Assembly: GCA_965240325.2 (NCBI GenBank)
Contig: OZ251244.1
Span: 248,001-312,000, forward strand
DNA length: 64,000 bases
Source: Rebecca billardiae RCC1528
Lineage: Eukaryota > Protista > Haptophyta
Direction of reading: 5' to 3'
Positions 55,343 to 64,000 of this stretch are shown in pieces. The notes beneath the pieces were generated by a model. The model was not told the origin of the DNA and did not search any database. It saw only the letters and a list, made by a program, of their open reading frames with translations. Numbering within the stretch: position 1 is the first letter of the stretch; every line of letters begins with the position of its first letter. Made by a program: the position numbers and the translations under genes.

Positions 55343-57952
55343 ATGGCGGCGGCGCGCCGCCCGCGTGGACGGCCTGCGTGGCGGCAGCTTGCGTGGCCCG
55401 CGCTCGCCGCGGCGTGCGCGGCGTGCGCGGCGCGCGAGTGGGCCCGCCGGCACGCGTGCGCCTCCGCGGCTGCCACGCTCGACCGCCTCCGCCGCGCCTG
55501 GCCGGAGGAGCCCGCCGCCGTCGCCGACGCGTTGCGGCCGGCGCTCGGGGCGCTCGCGCGAGGCGCGTCGCGCGCCGAGGTGCTCGCGCACGTGGTCGGC
55601 GCGGCGGGCGCGCGGTGCTGCGCGCGCGATGCATCGTGCGCCGCGCTCGAGCCCCACGCCGCCATGCTCTCGGCGCTCGAGCTCGCGCACGACAGCCTCG
55701 TGCGCCCGCGACGGATCGCGCTGCGCGCCGCGCGCGGAGCTCCGCCGCCGCGCGTCGTCGTCGTCGGCGCCGGGCCGGCGGGCGCGCCGGCGGCGCTGCT
55801 CGCGTACCGCGAGGGCGCATCGGTGACGCTGGTCGAGCGGCGCACCGCCTTCACGCGCCAGGTCTGGTTCGATCTCGAGCCGCCGCCCGAGCCGCTTGCA
55901 GGCGGCGGCGGCGATGGCGGTGGCATGAACCGCCGCGGCAGCGGCGGCGGCGACGGCGGCGGCGGCGAGTGGAACGCGCAGGCGCTGCTGCGCGCGTGGG
56001 GCTTCTTCGAGGCGGGCGCGCCCCACGTGCCGGACGAGGGCGGCTCTGGCGTGCGCAGCGTGCAGTGCCGCACCCTCGAGGCTTATCTGCTGCTGCTCGC
56101 TGTCCTGCTCGGCCCCGCGCCCGGACTCTCGACGCCCGGACTCGCGCCGCCCGGACTCGCGCCCGGACTGGCGGGCGGGGCCGAAGGTGCCGCCGGGGCG
56201 AGGAACGGGGCACCCGCCGCCGCCGACGCGCCGCGCCATGGTGCCGAGGGCGCCGGCGGGAGCCTCCGCACGCGCGTGGGCTGGCGGTTTGTGCGCGTGT
56301 GCGCGCGCGCGGGGCAGCTGGTGGCCGTGTTGGCGCCGAGCGGGGCGCTGCGCCCGCGAGAGGGCGGGACGGGCGGTGGCGCGGCTGCCGACGCCGCGTG
56401 GGCGCCCCCCGCGCCTGAACGACCGGAGGACGACGAGGAGGAGGAGCTTGGGCCCGGAGCAGCACCCGGAGCAGAGCTGACGGCGCGCGCGTGCACCGCC
56501 TCCGAGGCTGCGGCCGTCGACGTCGAGGCTCTCTCCCTCAACCCCAACCCTATCCCCAACCTCGACGGCGCAGAGCCGACCCCGCGCCCCGCCCCTGCGC
56601 CGGACGCGCCGCCCGGCCCCGGCGCCGCCCCCGGCGCGCTGCTCGCCGTGCGCTTCGACCTGCTCGTGGGCGCGGACGGGCCGCGCTCCGCCGTGCGCCG
56701 CGCCGCGGGCCTGGGCTGGGCCGAGCGCTCGAGCTTTGAGGTGGCAGGCGGCGCGGTGCGGCGCTCGGAGCCGCAGCTGTCGCAGGCGAGTCTGAACCTC
56801 GCCCTGGCCCTCGAGCCGAGCGGTCGGTGCCCGCAGCCCAGGCGCGTCGGGCCCGCCGAGGCGCGGCAGCACGCGGGGGGCGGCGGCTCCCCGGGCCTCC
56901 CGCCCACCAGCGCGCGCGCTCGGGACGACGACGCCAGCGTCGAACCAAAGCGCATGGCGGGGGCGCCTCCGCAGCCGCGCGCCGCCGCCTCGCCGCCGGC
57001 GCGGCCGGTGCCGCCCGAGGTGCCGCCGCATGCGGTCTCGTTCGAGGTGCCCGGCGTGTCCCTCGCGTTCAAGCGGCTGTTCGAGCCGTACTGCGAGCTG
57101 CAGCTGCTGCTCGAGGAGCCGCTCGGAGCGCGGCTGCTCGCGGCGCAGCGTGCGGCCGAGGCGGCCGAGCGCGCGGCAGCGCCGCACGGCGGCGGCAGCG
57201 GTGGCAGCTTGGTGGCCGGCCTCGCGCCGCCTGTGCTCGAGCTCGCGCGGCGCGTGGCCGCGCGCGTGCTGGCGTCACCCTTCGAGGACGTGCCCGCGCT
57301 CGCGGCCGCGCTGCGCCCGCGCGACGACGGGCGCGGCGTCGACGCCTCACTGCTACGGCTACGCGTGCGGAGTGCAGACGCGCCGGGGCGGCTGCTGCGC
57401 GCGCCGCGCCGCGCCGACGGCGCCGATGGCGCGGCCGCGCTCGCGGTGCTCCGCGGCGACAGCCTCGTGAGCGCGCACTACCGGCTCGGGATCGGCGTGA
57501 ACCGCGCGTTCGAGGCGCTGGCGCCGCTGCACGCGCTCCTTGCCGAGCTCGCCGCTGATCTGAGCCATGCGCCGGCCCGCGGCGCCGCCGCGCGCGGGCT
57601 GAGCGCCGCTGGCGCGCGCCGGGCGCTGCGCGCTTGGGCGCACGACGCCGGCGGGCGCGCGCGCGCCATGGAGGCGACGCAGCTCGCGCACATCTACTTC
57701 GAGGCGCGGTGCGGCTTCCTCGTGCTCGGCGGGGACGTGCTCAGGCGCGTGGAGGGCGCGGCCGCTGCCGACGGCGGCGAGGCGCGGGCTGCGGGTTTGC
57801 AGAGCGTGACGGACGAGGAGCTGCGCGCGCTCGATTGCGCCGCGCCAGAGTACCGGCGGCAGCAGCGACGCCGGCAGCAGCCTCAGCTGGGTGGCATGGG
57901 TGTTGAGGGGGGCGACGCGGAGGCGGCGCCGACCGATTCGACGAGTGACTAA
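55343..57952 (+). CDS. FAD-dependent monooxygenase (MICAL-MO-like)
   Basis: Rossmann motif RVVVVGAGPAG...VERRTAFTRQVW, DG motif FDLLVGADGPRS and GD motif LRGDSLVSAHYRLGIGVNRAF. Confidence 0.82.
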   Translation: MAAARRPRGRPAWRQLAWPALAAACAACAAREWARRHACASAAATLDRLRRAWPEEPAAVADALRPALGALARGASRAEVLAHVVGAAGARCCARDASCAALEPHAAMLSALELAHDSLVRPRRIALRAARGAPPPRVVVVGAGPAGAPAALLAYREGASVTLVERRTAFTRQVWFDLEPPPEPLAGGGGDGGGMNRRGSGGGDGGGGEWNAQALLRAWGFFEAGAPHVPDEGGSGVRSVQCRTLEAYLLLLAVLLGPAPGLSTPGLAPPGLAPGLAGGAEGAAGARNGAPAAADAPRHGAEGAGGSLRTRVGWRFVRVCARAGQLVAVLAPSGALRPREGGTGGGAAADAAWAPPAPERPEDDEEEELGPGAAPGAELTARACTASEAAAVDVEALSLNPNPIPNLDGAEPTPRPAPAPDAPPGPGAAPGALLAVRFDLLVGADGPRSAVRRAAGLGWAERSSFEVAGGAVRRSEPQLSQASLNLALALEPSGRCPQPRRVGPAEARQHAGGGGSPGLPPTSARARDDDASVEPKRMAGAPPQPRAAASPPARPVPPEVPPHAVSFEVPGVSLAFKRLFEPYCELQLLLEEPLGARLLAAQRAAEAAERAAAPHGGGSGGSLVAGLAPPVLELARRVAARVLASPFEDVPALAAALRPRDDGRGVDASLLRLRVRSADAPGRLLRAPRRADGADGAAALAVLRGDSLVSAHYRLGIGVNRAFEALAPLHALLAELAADLSHAPARGAAARGLSAAGARRALRAWAHDAGGRARAMEATQLAHIYFEARCGFLVLGGDVLRRVEGAAAADGGEARAAGLQSVTDEELRALDCAAPEYRRQQRRRQQPQLGGMGVEGGDAEAAPTDSTSD

Positions 57953-58467
57953 GCGATTGCAGCTCGTCGGCGCCATGGGCGCGGGCAACAAGACGGATAC
58001 GGTGGCGCGCGTGGTCCTGACGGTCGCGCCGGGTCTGGCGCCAGCACGCCACGGATCGTCGAAGCGGAGGTTATAGGTGCTTCACTGCTTTCCCGACCGT
58101 CGCTCCGTCGCGGGCGCGTCGGCCGCGTCGGCTAACATGCTGATTTAGTGATTTGTCCCGACATCCTGGATTCCGGACGTCGGGAAGCGGGAACTCAAGC
58201 CGCGCTGCAGGCTTTCCCGCCCTTTCGGCGGGCGCTCGCTCGTCAACCGTCAAATCGTCGCGGTCCCGGATTGAAATCCATTGGTCCCGGCTCGAGACCG
58301 CGATAATATCGAAGAAAAGGCGCGCGGAGCCGCGGACCGGGCGCGCGCGCCGACGCGAGCTCTCGCTGCTCCGTAGTACTACCGCGAGTGCAGCTCGCGT
58401 CCTCGACGCTCGTCGGTGCGCCCGCCGGGCTCAGCCGCTGTCGCAGCCGCACGCTCGTCTCGGCTCG

Positions 58468-60207
58468 ATGGCTCCAAGCGCTGCCTCGGCGCTGCTCACC
58501 GAGGCGAACACTCGCGCGTCGAAGCTTGTTCATCGCGCCGAGCTCGACGTCGAGGCGCTGGAGACGCTCCTCACCGCGCTGCGCACTCAGCCTCCGGACA
58601 ACGAGGCGATGATCGTGGCGCTCGTCCCGTTCTGCGTCGAAGACAAACCTCGCGTGATCCAGTGGTCGCTCGTCGAATCGCAGGCTTTGCCGGCGCTGGT
58701 GCAGCTCCTCGTGCCTGAGCGCACCGCCGAGCTGCAGCTGGCTGCCATGACGGCCATCCTCTCTCTGTGCAGGATGTTCTCCATGTCCGACCTCGTGAGC
58801 GTTGGCGTCATCCGTTTGCTGGTATCGCTGCTGGGCTCGGCCGAGGAGTGCATGCAAGCCCGGGCAGCACGCCTGCTCGGCTGTGCTGCCGGAAGCTCAG
58901 GTTGGGAGGTGGAGATCGCTGCGGCGGGCGTCAGCATGCAGCGGCTCATCCCGCTGCTGCGCTCTGCAGACGAGATGGCGCAATGCGATGCAGCGCATGC
59001 CATCGGCTACTTCAATGGGACGGCCGCGCTGCAGGACGGCCGCGCTCTGGACGAAGCCATCCCACTGCTCGTGCAGCTGCTGGGGTCTGCCAACGCGCGC
59101 GTGCAGCATGGGGCAGCACGGACCATATTCAGGGTCGCTACCGAGAATCGAAGATACCACTCGTCATTGGTGAATCTGGACTTCTGCGAGCGCGTGGTGC
59201 AGCTGCTGCTTGCCACGTGGGAGGGCTCTGGCCACGATACGCTGTCTCTCTACGCAGTGGACAAAGCGTGTGCAGCGCTGCAGTCTATCCTCCGCGTCGA
59301 TGTGCATCGTTGGGTATGCGACAGGATCGCGGGCACGCCTGGGCTTGTCGGCGCGCTGATGTGCATGGCGCACGGCCCGAAGGAGAAGGCGAGGCGCGTT
59401 GCTGATTCCCCGCCGCAGGGGTTGCTCGAAGCCCTGCTCCTCCACGCCATCAAGGACGTGCGCCGCACTGCGCTCGCCGCAGCGGGCGCGTCGCACGCGC
59501 AGCTCGCCCGCAGCGAGGCCGAGTCGCGTCTTGCGCATGCGCGGCTGCATGCGAAGCTGTGCTCCCTGGCCGATGCGGTGGGCGAGCCCATGCGGCAGCA
59601 CGACGTGGTGCTGCAGTGTGCGGACGGCACCGAGCTGGGCGCAAGCCGGCTGCTGCTCGCGCGGCACTCCGAGTACTACGAGGCGCAGCTGGGCGGCGGG
59701 CTGGCGGAGGGCGGGCAGCGCGAGGTCCGGGCCGACCCCGCCTTCTCCTCGGCGGCGCACGAGGCGCTGCTGCGCCAGCTGCACTCGGCGGGGGAGGCGC
59801 CGCTGCCGGCGGAGTCGTCGGTGCTGCTCGAGCTGCTGCGTCTGACGAACAAGCTGCAGCCGCCAACGCCGCCAGTGGCAGCAGCTGCGGGCTCGGAGGA
59901 CGCGCCTGCCGCGCACGCCGAGGCCAACGTGCTGGCGGGCGTGGCGCGCCGGTGCGAGGACGCGCTGCTGGCTGCTCTGGACGTGGACAACTGCCTCGAC
60001 CTGCTGCGGCACGCCAAGGCGGCGGGCGGGTGTGCTCGGCTGGTGGAGGGCGTGCGCGCGCTGGCGAAGGAGCAGATCAAGGCGATCCTCAAGCAGGAGC
60101 GCTGGGCCGCTTTCAAGCGCGACGACCCGGTGGAGGCGTGCGAGCTGATGGAGGCGCTGGCCGCCGACTTTGCGGACGAGCGCGCGTCCAAGCGGCAGCG
60201 CGCGTGA
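58468..60207 (+). CDS. Armadillo-repeat + BTB/POZ protein (copy 1), intronless
   Basis: ARM repeats (ALPALVQLL, AIPLLVQLLGSANARVQ), BTB HDVVLQCADG...ASRLLLARHSEYY, BACK-like LDVDNCLDLL and a terminal NLS-like SKRQRA. Confidence 0.85.
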   Translation: MAPSAASALLTEANTRASKLVHRAELDVEALETLLTALRTQPPDNEAMIVALVPFCVEDKPRVIQWSLVESQALPALVQLLVPERTAELQLAAMTAILSLCRMFSMSDLVSVGVIRLLVSLLGSAEECMQARAARLLGCAAGSSGWEVEIAAAGVSMQRLIPLLRSADEMAQCDAAHAIGYFNGTAALQDGRALDEAIPLLVQLLGSANARVQHGAARTIFRVATENRRYHSSLVNLDFCERVVQLLLATWEGSGHDTLSLYAVDKACAALQSILRVDVHRWVCDRIAGTPGLVGALMCMAHGPKEKARRVADSPPQGLLEALLLHAIKDVRRTALAAAGASHAQLARSEAESRLAHARLHAKLCSLADAVGEPMRQHDVVLQCADGTELGASRLLLARHSEYYEAQLGGGLAEGGQREVRADPAFSSAAHEALLRQLHSAGEAPLPAESSVLLELLRLTNKLQPPTPPVAAAAGSEDAPAAHAEANVLAGVARRCEDALLAALDVDNCLDLLRHAKAAGGCARLVEGVRALAKEQIKAILKQERWAAFKRDDPVEACELMEALAADFADERASKRQRA

Positions 60208-60622
60208 TTCCGCGCGACTTCGATGCTGCTGAGCTGATAATAATGATCGTCGAATGAGTGCTTGCTTCAGCAATATAGTTATTCTGTAGCAGTAGCTCAG
60301 CCTGATTAGCCGCGGCGATGTTTCCGGCACAGTGGCAAGGGCGGACTCAGTCTCGGACTAGCAGACTACTAGAAGAGTCGTTGCGGGGGCTGCCCGGACA
60401 CAGTGTGACACCCCGGCTGGTGACAACTGATGAACGATGACACCAGCGGCTGCCAGCCGGCCCAAGCCCAGCGACCAACCGTCATCCACAAGCGGCCCGA
60501 CGAGTGCGACGCGCGGGCGTAGCTCGCTGCAACACACGGCAAGTGCAGCTCTCCTCCCCGACGCTCGTCGGTGCGTCCGCCGGGCTCAGCCGCTGTCACA
60601 GCCTCTCGCTCGTCTCGGCTCG

Positions 60623-62389
60623 ATGCATCCGAGCGCTGCTTCGGCGCTGCTCACCGAGGCGAGCGCTCGCGCGTCAAAGCTGGTTCATCCCGTCAAGCTC
60701 GACATCGAGGCGCTGGAGACGCTCCTCACCGCGCTGCGCGCTCAGCCTCCGGACAACGAGGCGATGATCGTGGCGCTCGTCCCGTACTGCACCGACAAGG
60801 CCGCAGACGTGGCCTATCGCGCGATCGTCAAATCGCAGGCTCTGCCGGCGCTGGTGCAGCTCCTCGCGCCCGAGCGCACCGCCGAGCTGCAGCTGGCTGC
60901 CATGACCGCCATCCTCTCTCTGATCACTTTGGCGTCTCGTCTAGTGATGCTTCGTGCGCTCACAGAGTCTGGCTTCATCCCGCCCCTGGTGTCGCTGCTG
61001 GACTCGGCCGAGGAGTGCGTGCAGGCCCGGGCAGGACACCTGCTCGGCTGTGCTGCCGGAAGCTCAGGTTGGGAGGTGGAGATCGCTGCGGCGGGCGTCA
61101 GCATGCAGCGGCTCATCCCGCTGCTGCGCTCTGCAGACGAGATGGTGCAATGCGATGCAGCGATTGCCATCGGCTACTTCGATGGGGCGCCCGCGCTGCG
61201 CGACGGCCGCGCTCTGTCCGAAGCCATCCCACTGCTCGTGCAGCTGCTGGGGTCTGCCAACGCGCGCGTGCAGGAGAAGGCAGCATGGGCCATATACAGG
61301 GTCACTGTCGAGACCGAGGATAAGACGTACCAGAAGGAATTGATGGCGAATGGCTTCTGCGAGCGTGTGGTGCAGCTGCTGCTGGCCACATGGGACGAGG
61401 GCTCCGACCAGGGTATGATGTCGATCACTGCAGTGGACACTGTCGGTACAGTGCTGCAGGCCATCTTCAGCGATAACGACGATGCGCATCGAGAAGCAGT
61501 TGCGAGCACGCCTGGCCTTGTCGGCGCGCTGCTGCGCATTGCGCACGACCCCGATGAGCAGAAGGTGGCTTCGCGCTTTATGGGCTTCTCCGCGCAGGAG
61601 TTCCACGAGGCCCTGCTGCTCCACGCCACCGAGGACGTGCGCCGCTGTGCGCTCGCCTCAGCAGCCGAGTCGCTCGCAGAGCTCGCCCACAGCGAGTCCG
61701 AGCTGCGTGCCAAGCTGTGCTCCCTGGCCGATGCGGTGGGCGAGCCCACGCGGCAGCACGACGTGGTGCTGCAGTGCGCGGACGGCACCGAGCTGGGCGC
61801 GAGCCGGCTGCTGCTCGCGCGGCACTCTGAGTACTACGAGGCGCAGCTGGGCGGCGGGCTGGCGGAGGGCGGGCAGCGCGAGGTCCGGGCCGACCCGGCC
61901 TTCTCCTCGGCGGCGCACGAGGCGCTGCTGCGCCAGCTGCACTCGGCGGGGGAGGCGCCGCTGCCGGCGGAGTCGTCGGTGCTGCTCGAGCTGCTGCGGC
62001 TGGCCAACAAACTGCAGCCGCCAACGCCGCCAGTGGCAGCAGCTGCGGGCTCGGAGGACGCGCCTGCCGCGCACGCCGAGGCCAACGTGCTGGCGGGCGT
62101 GGCGCGCCGGTGCGAGGACGCGCTGCTGGCTGCTCTGGACGTGGACAACTGCCTCGACCTGCTGCGGCACGCCAAGGTGGCGGGCGGGTGTGCTCGGCTG
62201 GTGGAGGGCGTGCGCGAGCTGGCGAGGGAGGAAGTCAAGGCGATCGTGAAGCAGGAGCGCTGGGCCGCTTTCAAGCGCGACGACCCGGCCGAGGCGTTCG
62301 AGCTGATGGAATTCATGGCCGTCGATTTGGCGGACGAGCTCGCGTCCAAGCGGCAGCGCATCCTTGATATGGCGGTACGACGCTCTTGA
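60623..62389 (+). CDS. Armadillo-repeat + BTB/POZ protein (tandem paralogue, copy 2)
   Basis: Same architecture as copy 1, and the BTB region is almost identical to it. Confidence 0.85.
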   Translation: MHPSAASALLTEASARASKLVHPVKLDIEALETLLTALRAQPPDNEAMIVALVPYCTDKAADVAYRAIVKSQALPALVQLLAPERTAELQLAAMTAILSLITLASRLVMLRALTESGFIPPLVSLLDSAEECVQARAGHLLGCAAGSSGWEVEIAAAGVSMQRLIPLLRSADEMVQCDAAIAIGYFDGAPALRDGRALSEAIPLLVQLLGSANARVQEKAAWAIYRVTVETEDKTYQKELMANGFCERVVQLLLATWDEGSDQGMMSITAVDTVGTVLQAIFSDNDDAHREAVASTPGLVGALLRIAHDPDEQKVASRFMGFSAQEFHEALLLHATEDVRRCALASAAESLAELAHSESELRAKLCSLADAVGEPTRQHDVVLQCADGTELGASRLLLARHSEYYEAQLGGGLAEGGQREVRADPAFSSAAHEALLRQLHSAGEAPLPAESSVLLELLRLANKLQPPTPPVAAAAGSEDAPAAHAEANVLAGVARRCEDALLAALDVDNCLDLLRHAKVAGGCARLVEGVRELAREEVKAIVKQERWAAFKRDDPAEAFELMEFMAVDLADELASKRQRILDMAVRRS

Positions 62390-62682
62390 GTTCATCTCGG
62401 CCATCCGTTGCTCAGGCATGCGGTGCCCCGTCTTCGATCCGGTGGGCACTGTTCGCCCAGGTCTGCTGGCGCCAGAGCCCGGACATATGCGCATGCATGC
62501 CCGCGTCACGTCGGCGGATCATCATTCGCGCGCATCAGCCGCCGCCTACTTGCTGTCTGATAATGTCTGGTCGCTTCCGGCGCGGACCTGTCGTATATAT
62601 AAAAATATAATAAGACTACGACTGTACTACTAGTTATATACGACGATGATGACAGTTTATTGACACCGCGTATGACGATATA

Positions 62683-63812
62683 TCGCCAGGCGCGGCGTGC
62701 GAGATGGCTCCAGCCAAGCTCGTCCTGCGTCGCCGGCGGCGGCGGCTCGCACGCGGGTGGCGCGTCGCGTGCACCGACCAACATCTTTCGGCAACTCGGC
62801 GGTAAGCAACGCTCCGCATCGCGCCCCCTCGCGCTTCGGGCCACCGCCTCTTCTCTCTCTGTGTGCGTGCGCACCCTGTGGCTCTTCCGCACCCGCCCCG
62901 ATCGCACCGTTCCCTCTTCGCCACATGCCTCCTCCTCCGTGGGTGCGCCCCCACGCGGATCGCTGCTCCATCTCTCCCGCCCTGCCTCGGGATCGCCCCG
63001 GTGCCAACGCCAGCCGGCTCCTACACAAGGACCGCTGGCGGCACACCGCGCGCCGGGCCCCGTGCGCACCCGCGGGCCATTCACAGCATCCGCAAAGGCC
63101 GTCTAGCCTTCTCCTGCTTCCGCAGCGCCGCGCCTCGGGGCCGGCTGCCTGCTATCTCTCCTATTCGGGTTCCGTCTCACTCGCACTGCCCCACCTGCCC
63201 AGCCCCCGCTGGCCGGCCCTCGTGCGTGCGCGACTCACACGTGCCTTGCCCCCTTTCCTTCCCATCACTCAATGGGATTCTCCTCCACGCGGTGCTCCCC
63301 AACACACCATGAAACGGGATCACTCACGCACCGCGTCTCGTCGACGGCGAGCGGCATGCCCACCGCATCTGCTGCCGCTCGCCAAGGCATGAGGACACGT
63401 AAATCCCACTGAGTAGGAACACACGCAGCCGCCTCGGCATCGACATGCCAGGCGGCGTGCCCACCTTCGGCCAGCAGTTGGCGTCGGCGTTCACGAGGAC
63501 GGCTAGACGTGGGGTTATTGGTACAATAACTGATTGTCTAAGAGGACGACAAGAACGCCGGGCGCCAGCGCCGCTCATCAGCCACATCGCCCTCTACCAG
63601 ACCATCGCCTCAAAGGGCGCTGCTCCCGGACAAACAGTCTGTCCGGGTTGTTCTGCCGCCCAGGAGATCGATTTCCGGCGCCGGCCTCTGCCGCCTGCTT
63701 CGCCAGGCGCGGCGTGCGAGATGGCTCCAGCCAAGCTCGTCCTGCGTCGCCGGCGGCGGCGGCTCGCACGCGGGTGGCGCGTCGCGTGCACCGACCAACA
63801 TCTTTCGGCAAC
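62683..63812. repeat. 113-bp direct repeat (62683-62795 and 63700-63812), probably part of a mobile element
   Basis: Identical tcgccaggcgcggcgtgcgagatgg...catctttcggcaac. Confidence 0.75.
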
Positions 63813-64000
63813 CCGCCCACCCAGGGCCCGTTGGTCTGGTGCTCGGGCGGCGGGATCACAACACCCGCCGTCCGACCGCCCGGTCTTGCGGCGCTGCACT
63901 TAGGGCTCATGTGACCCCCTGCCTCCCAACACGATTGGGTTTTTCAGGTTAGGTCCCCAGCAGTGCTGCTCCCGGGCGGTCAGGTGGAGGTTCAGTCGAC

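Noticed and set aside
56538-56562. Telomere-like intron inside the monooxygenase
   Set aside because: It is a short degenerate tract (LNPNPIPNL) in an open frame with no convincing splice sites.

Overview
Very GC-rich eukaryotic genomic DNA with GT-AG introns and TTAGGG/CCCTAA repeats. It is most consistent with a haptophyte alga such as a Pavlovales species (inference, not verified). Most ORFs in the six-frame track are GC artefacts. 1-31.6 kb is gene-dense: an MFS transporter, two glycosyltransferase-like genes, a 4x FN2-like membrane receptor, a SAM methyltransferase, a large IQ/coiled-coil gene, a small membrane protein, a selenoprotein W/Rdx gene (UGA-Sec on a 37-nt exon plus a SECIS with a non-canonical ACC apical loop), a nucleoside-hydrolase-like/multi-TM/TIR fusion, a 10-exon unknown gene and a CX5R phosphatase. 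31.7-48.5 kb is a transposon island. It holds a tandem Helentron-like element carrying 11 copies of a 64-bp covarying hairpin, a 1.1-kb TIR element and a 200-N gap flanked by two versions of one locus, one with an apparent hAT excision footprint. It also holds a triple nest: TTAA element > hAT-like element > Copia LTR element. 48.5-64 kb contains GLE1 and a MICAL-like FAD monooxygenase, separated by a 4-kb foldback element with 547-bp TIRs inserted in their roughly 50-bp divergent spacer, and two tandem ARM-BTB paralogues with hypervariable ARM segments. The best candidates for new biology are the NH-TM-TIR fusion, the covarying hairpin array, the SelW gene with an ACC-type SECIS, the foldback element between GLE1 and the monooxygenase, and telomere-repeat-associated intron architecture.
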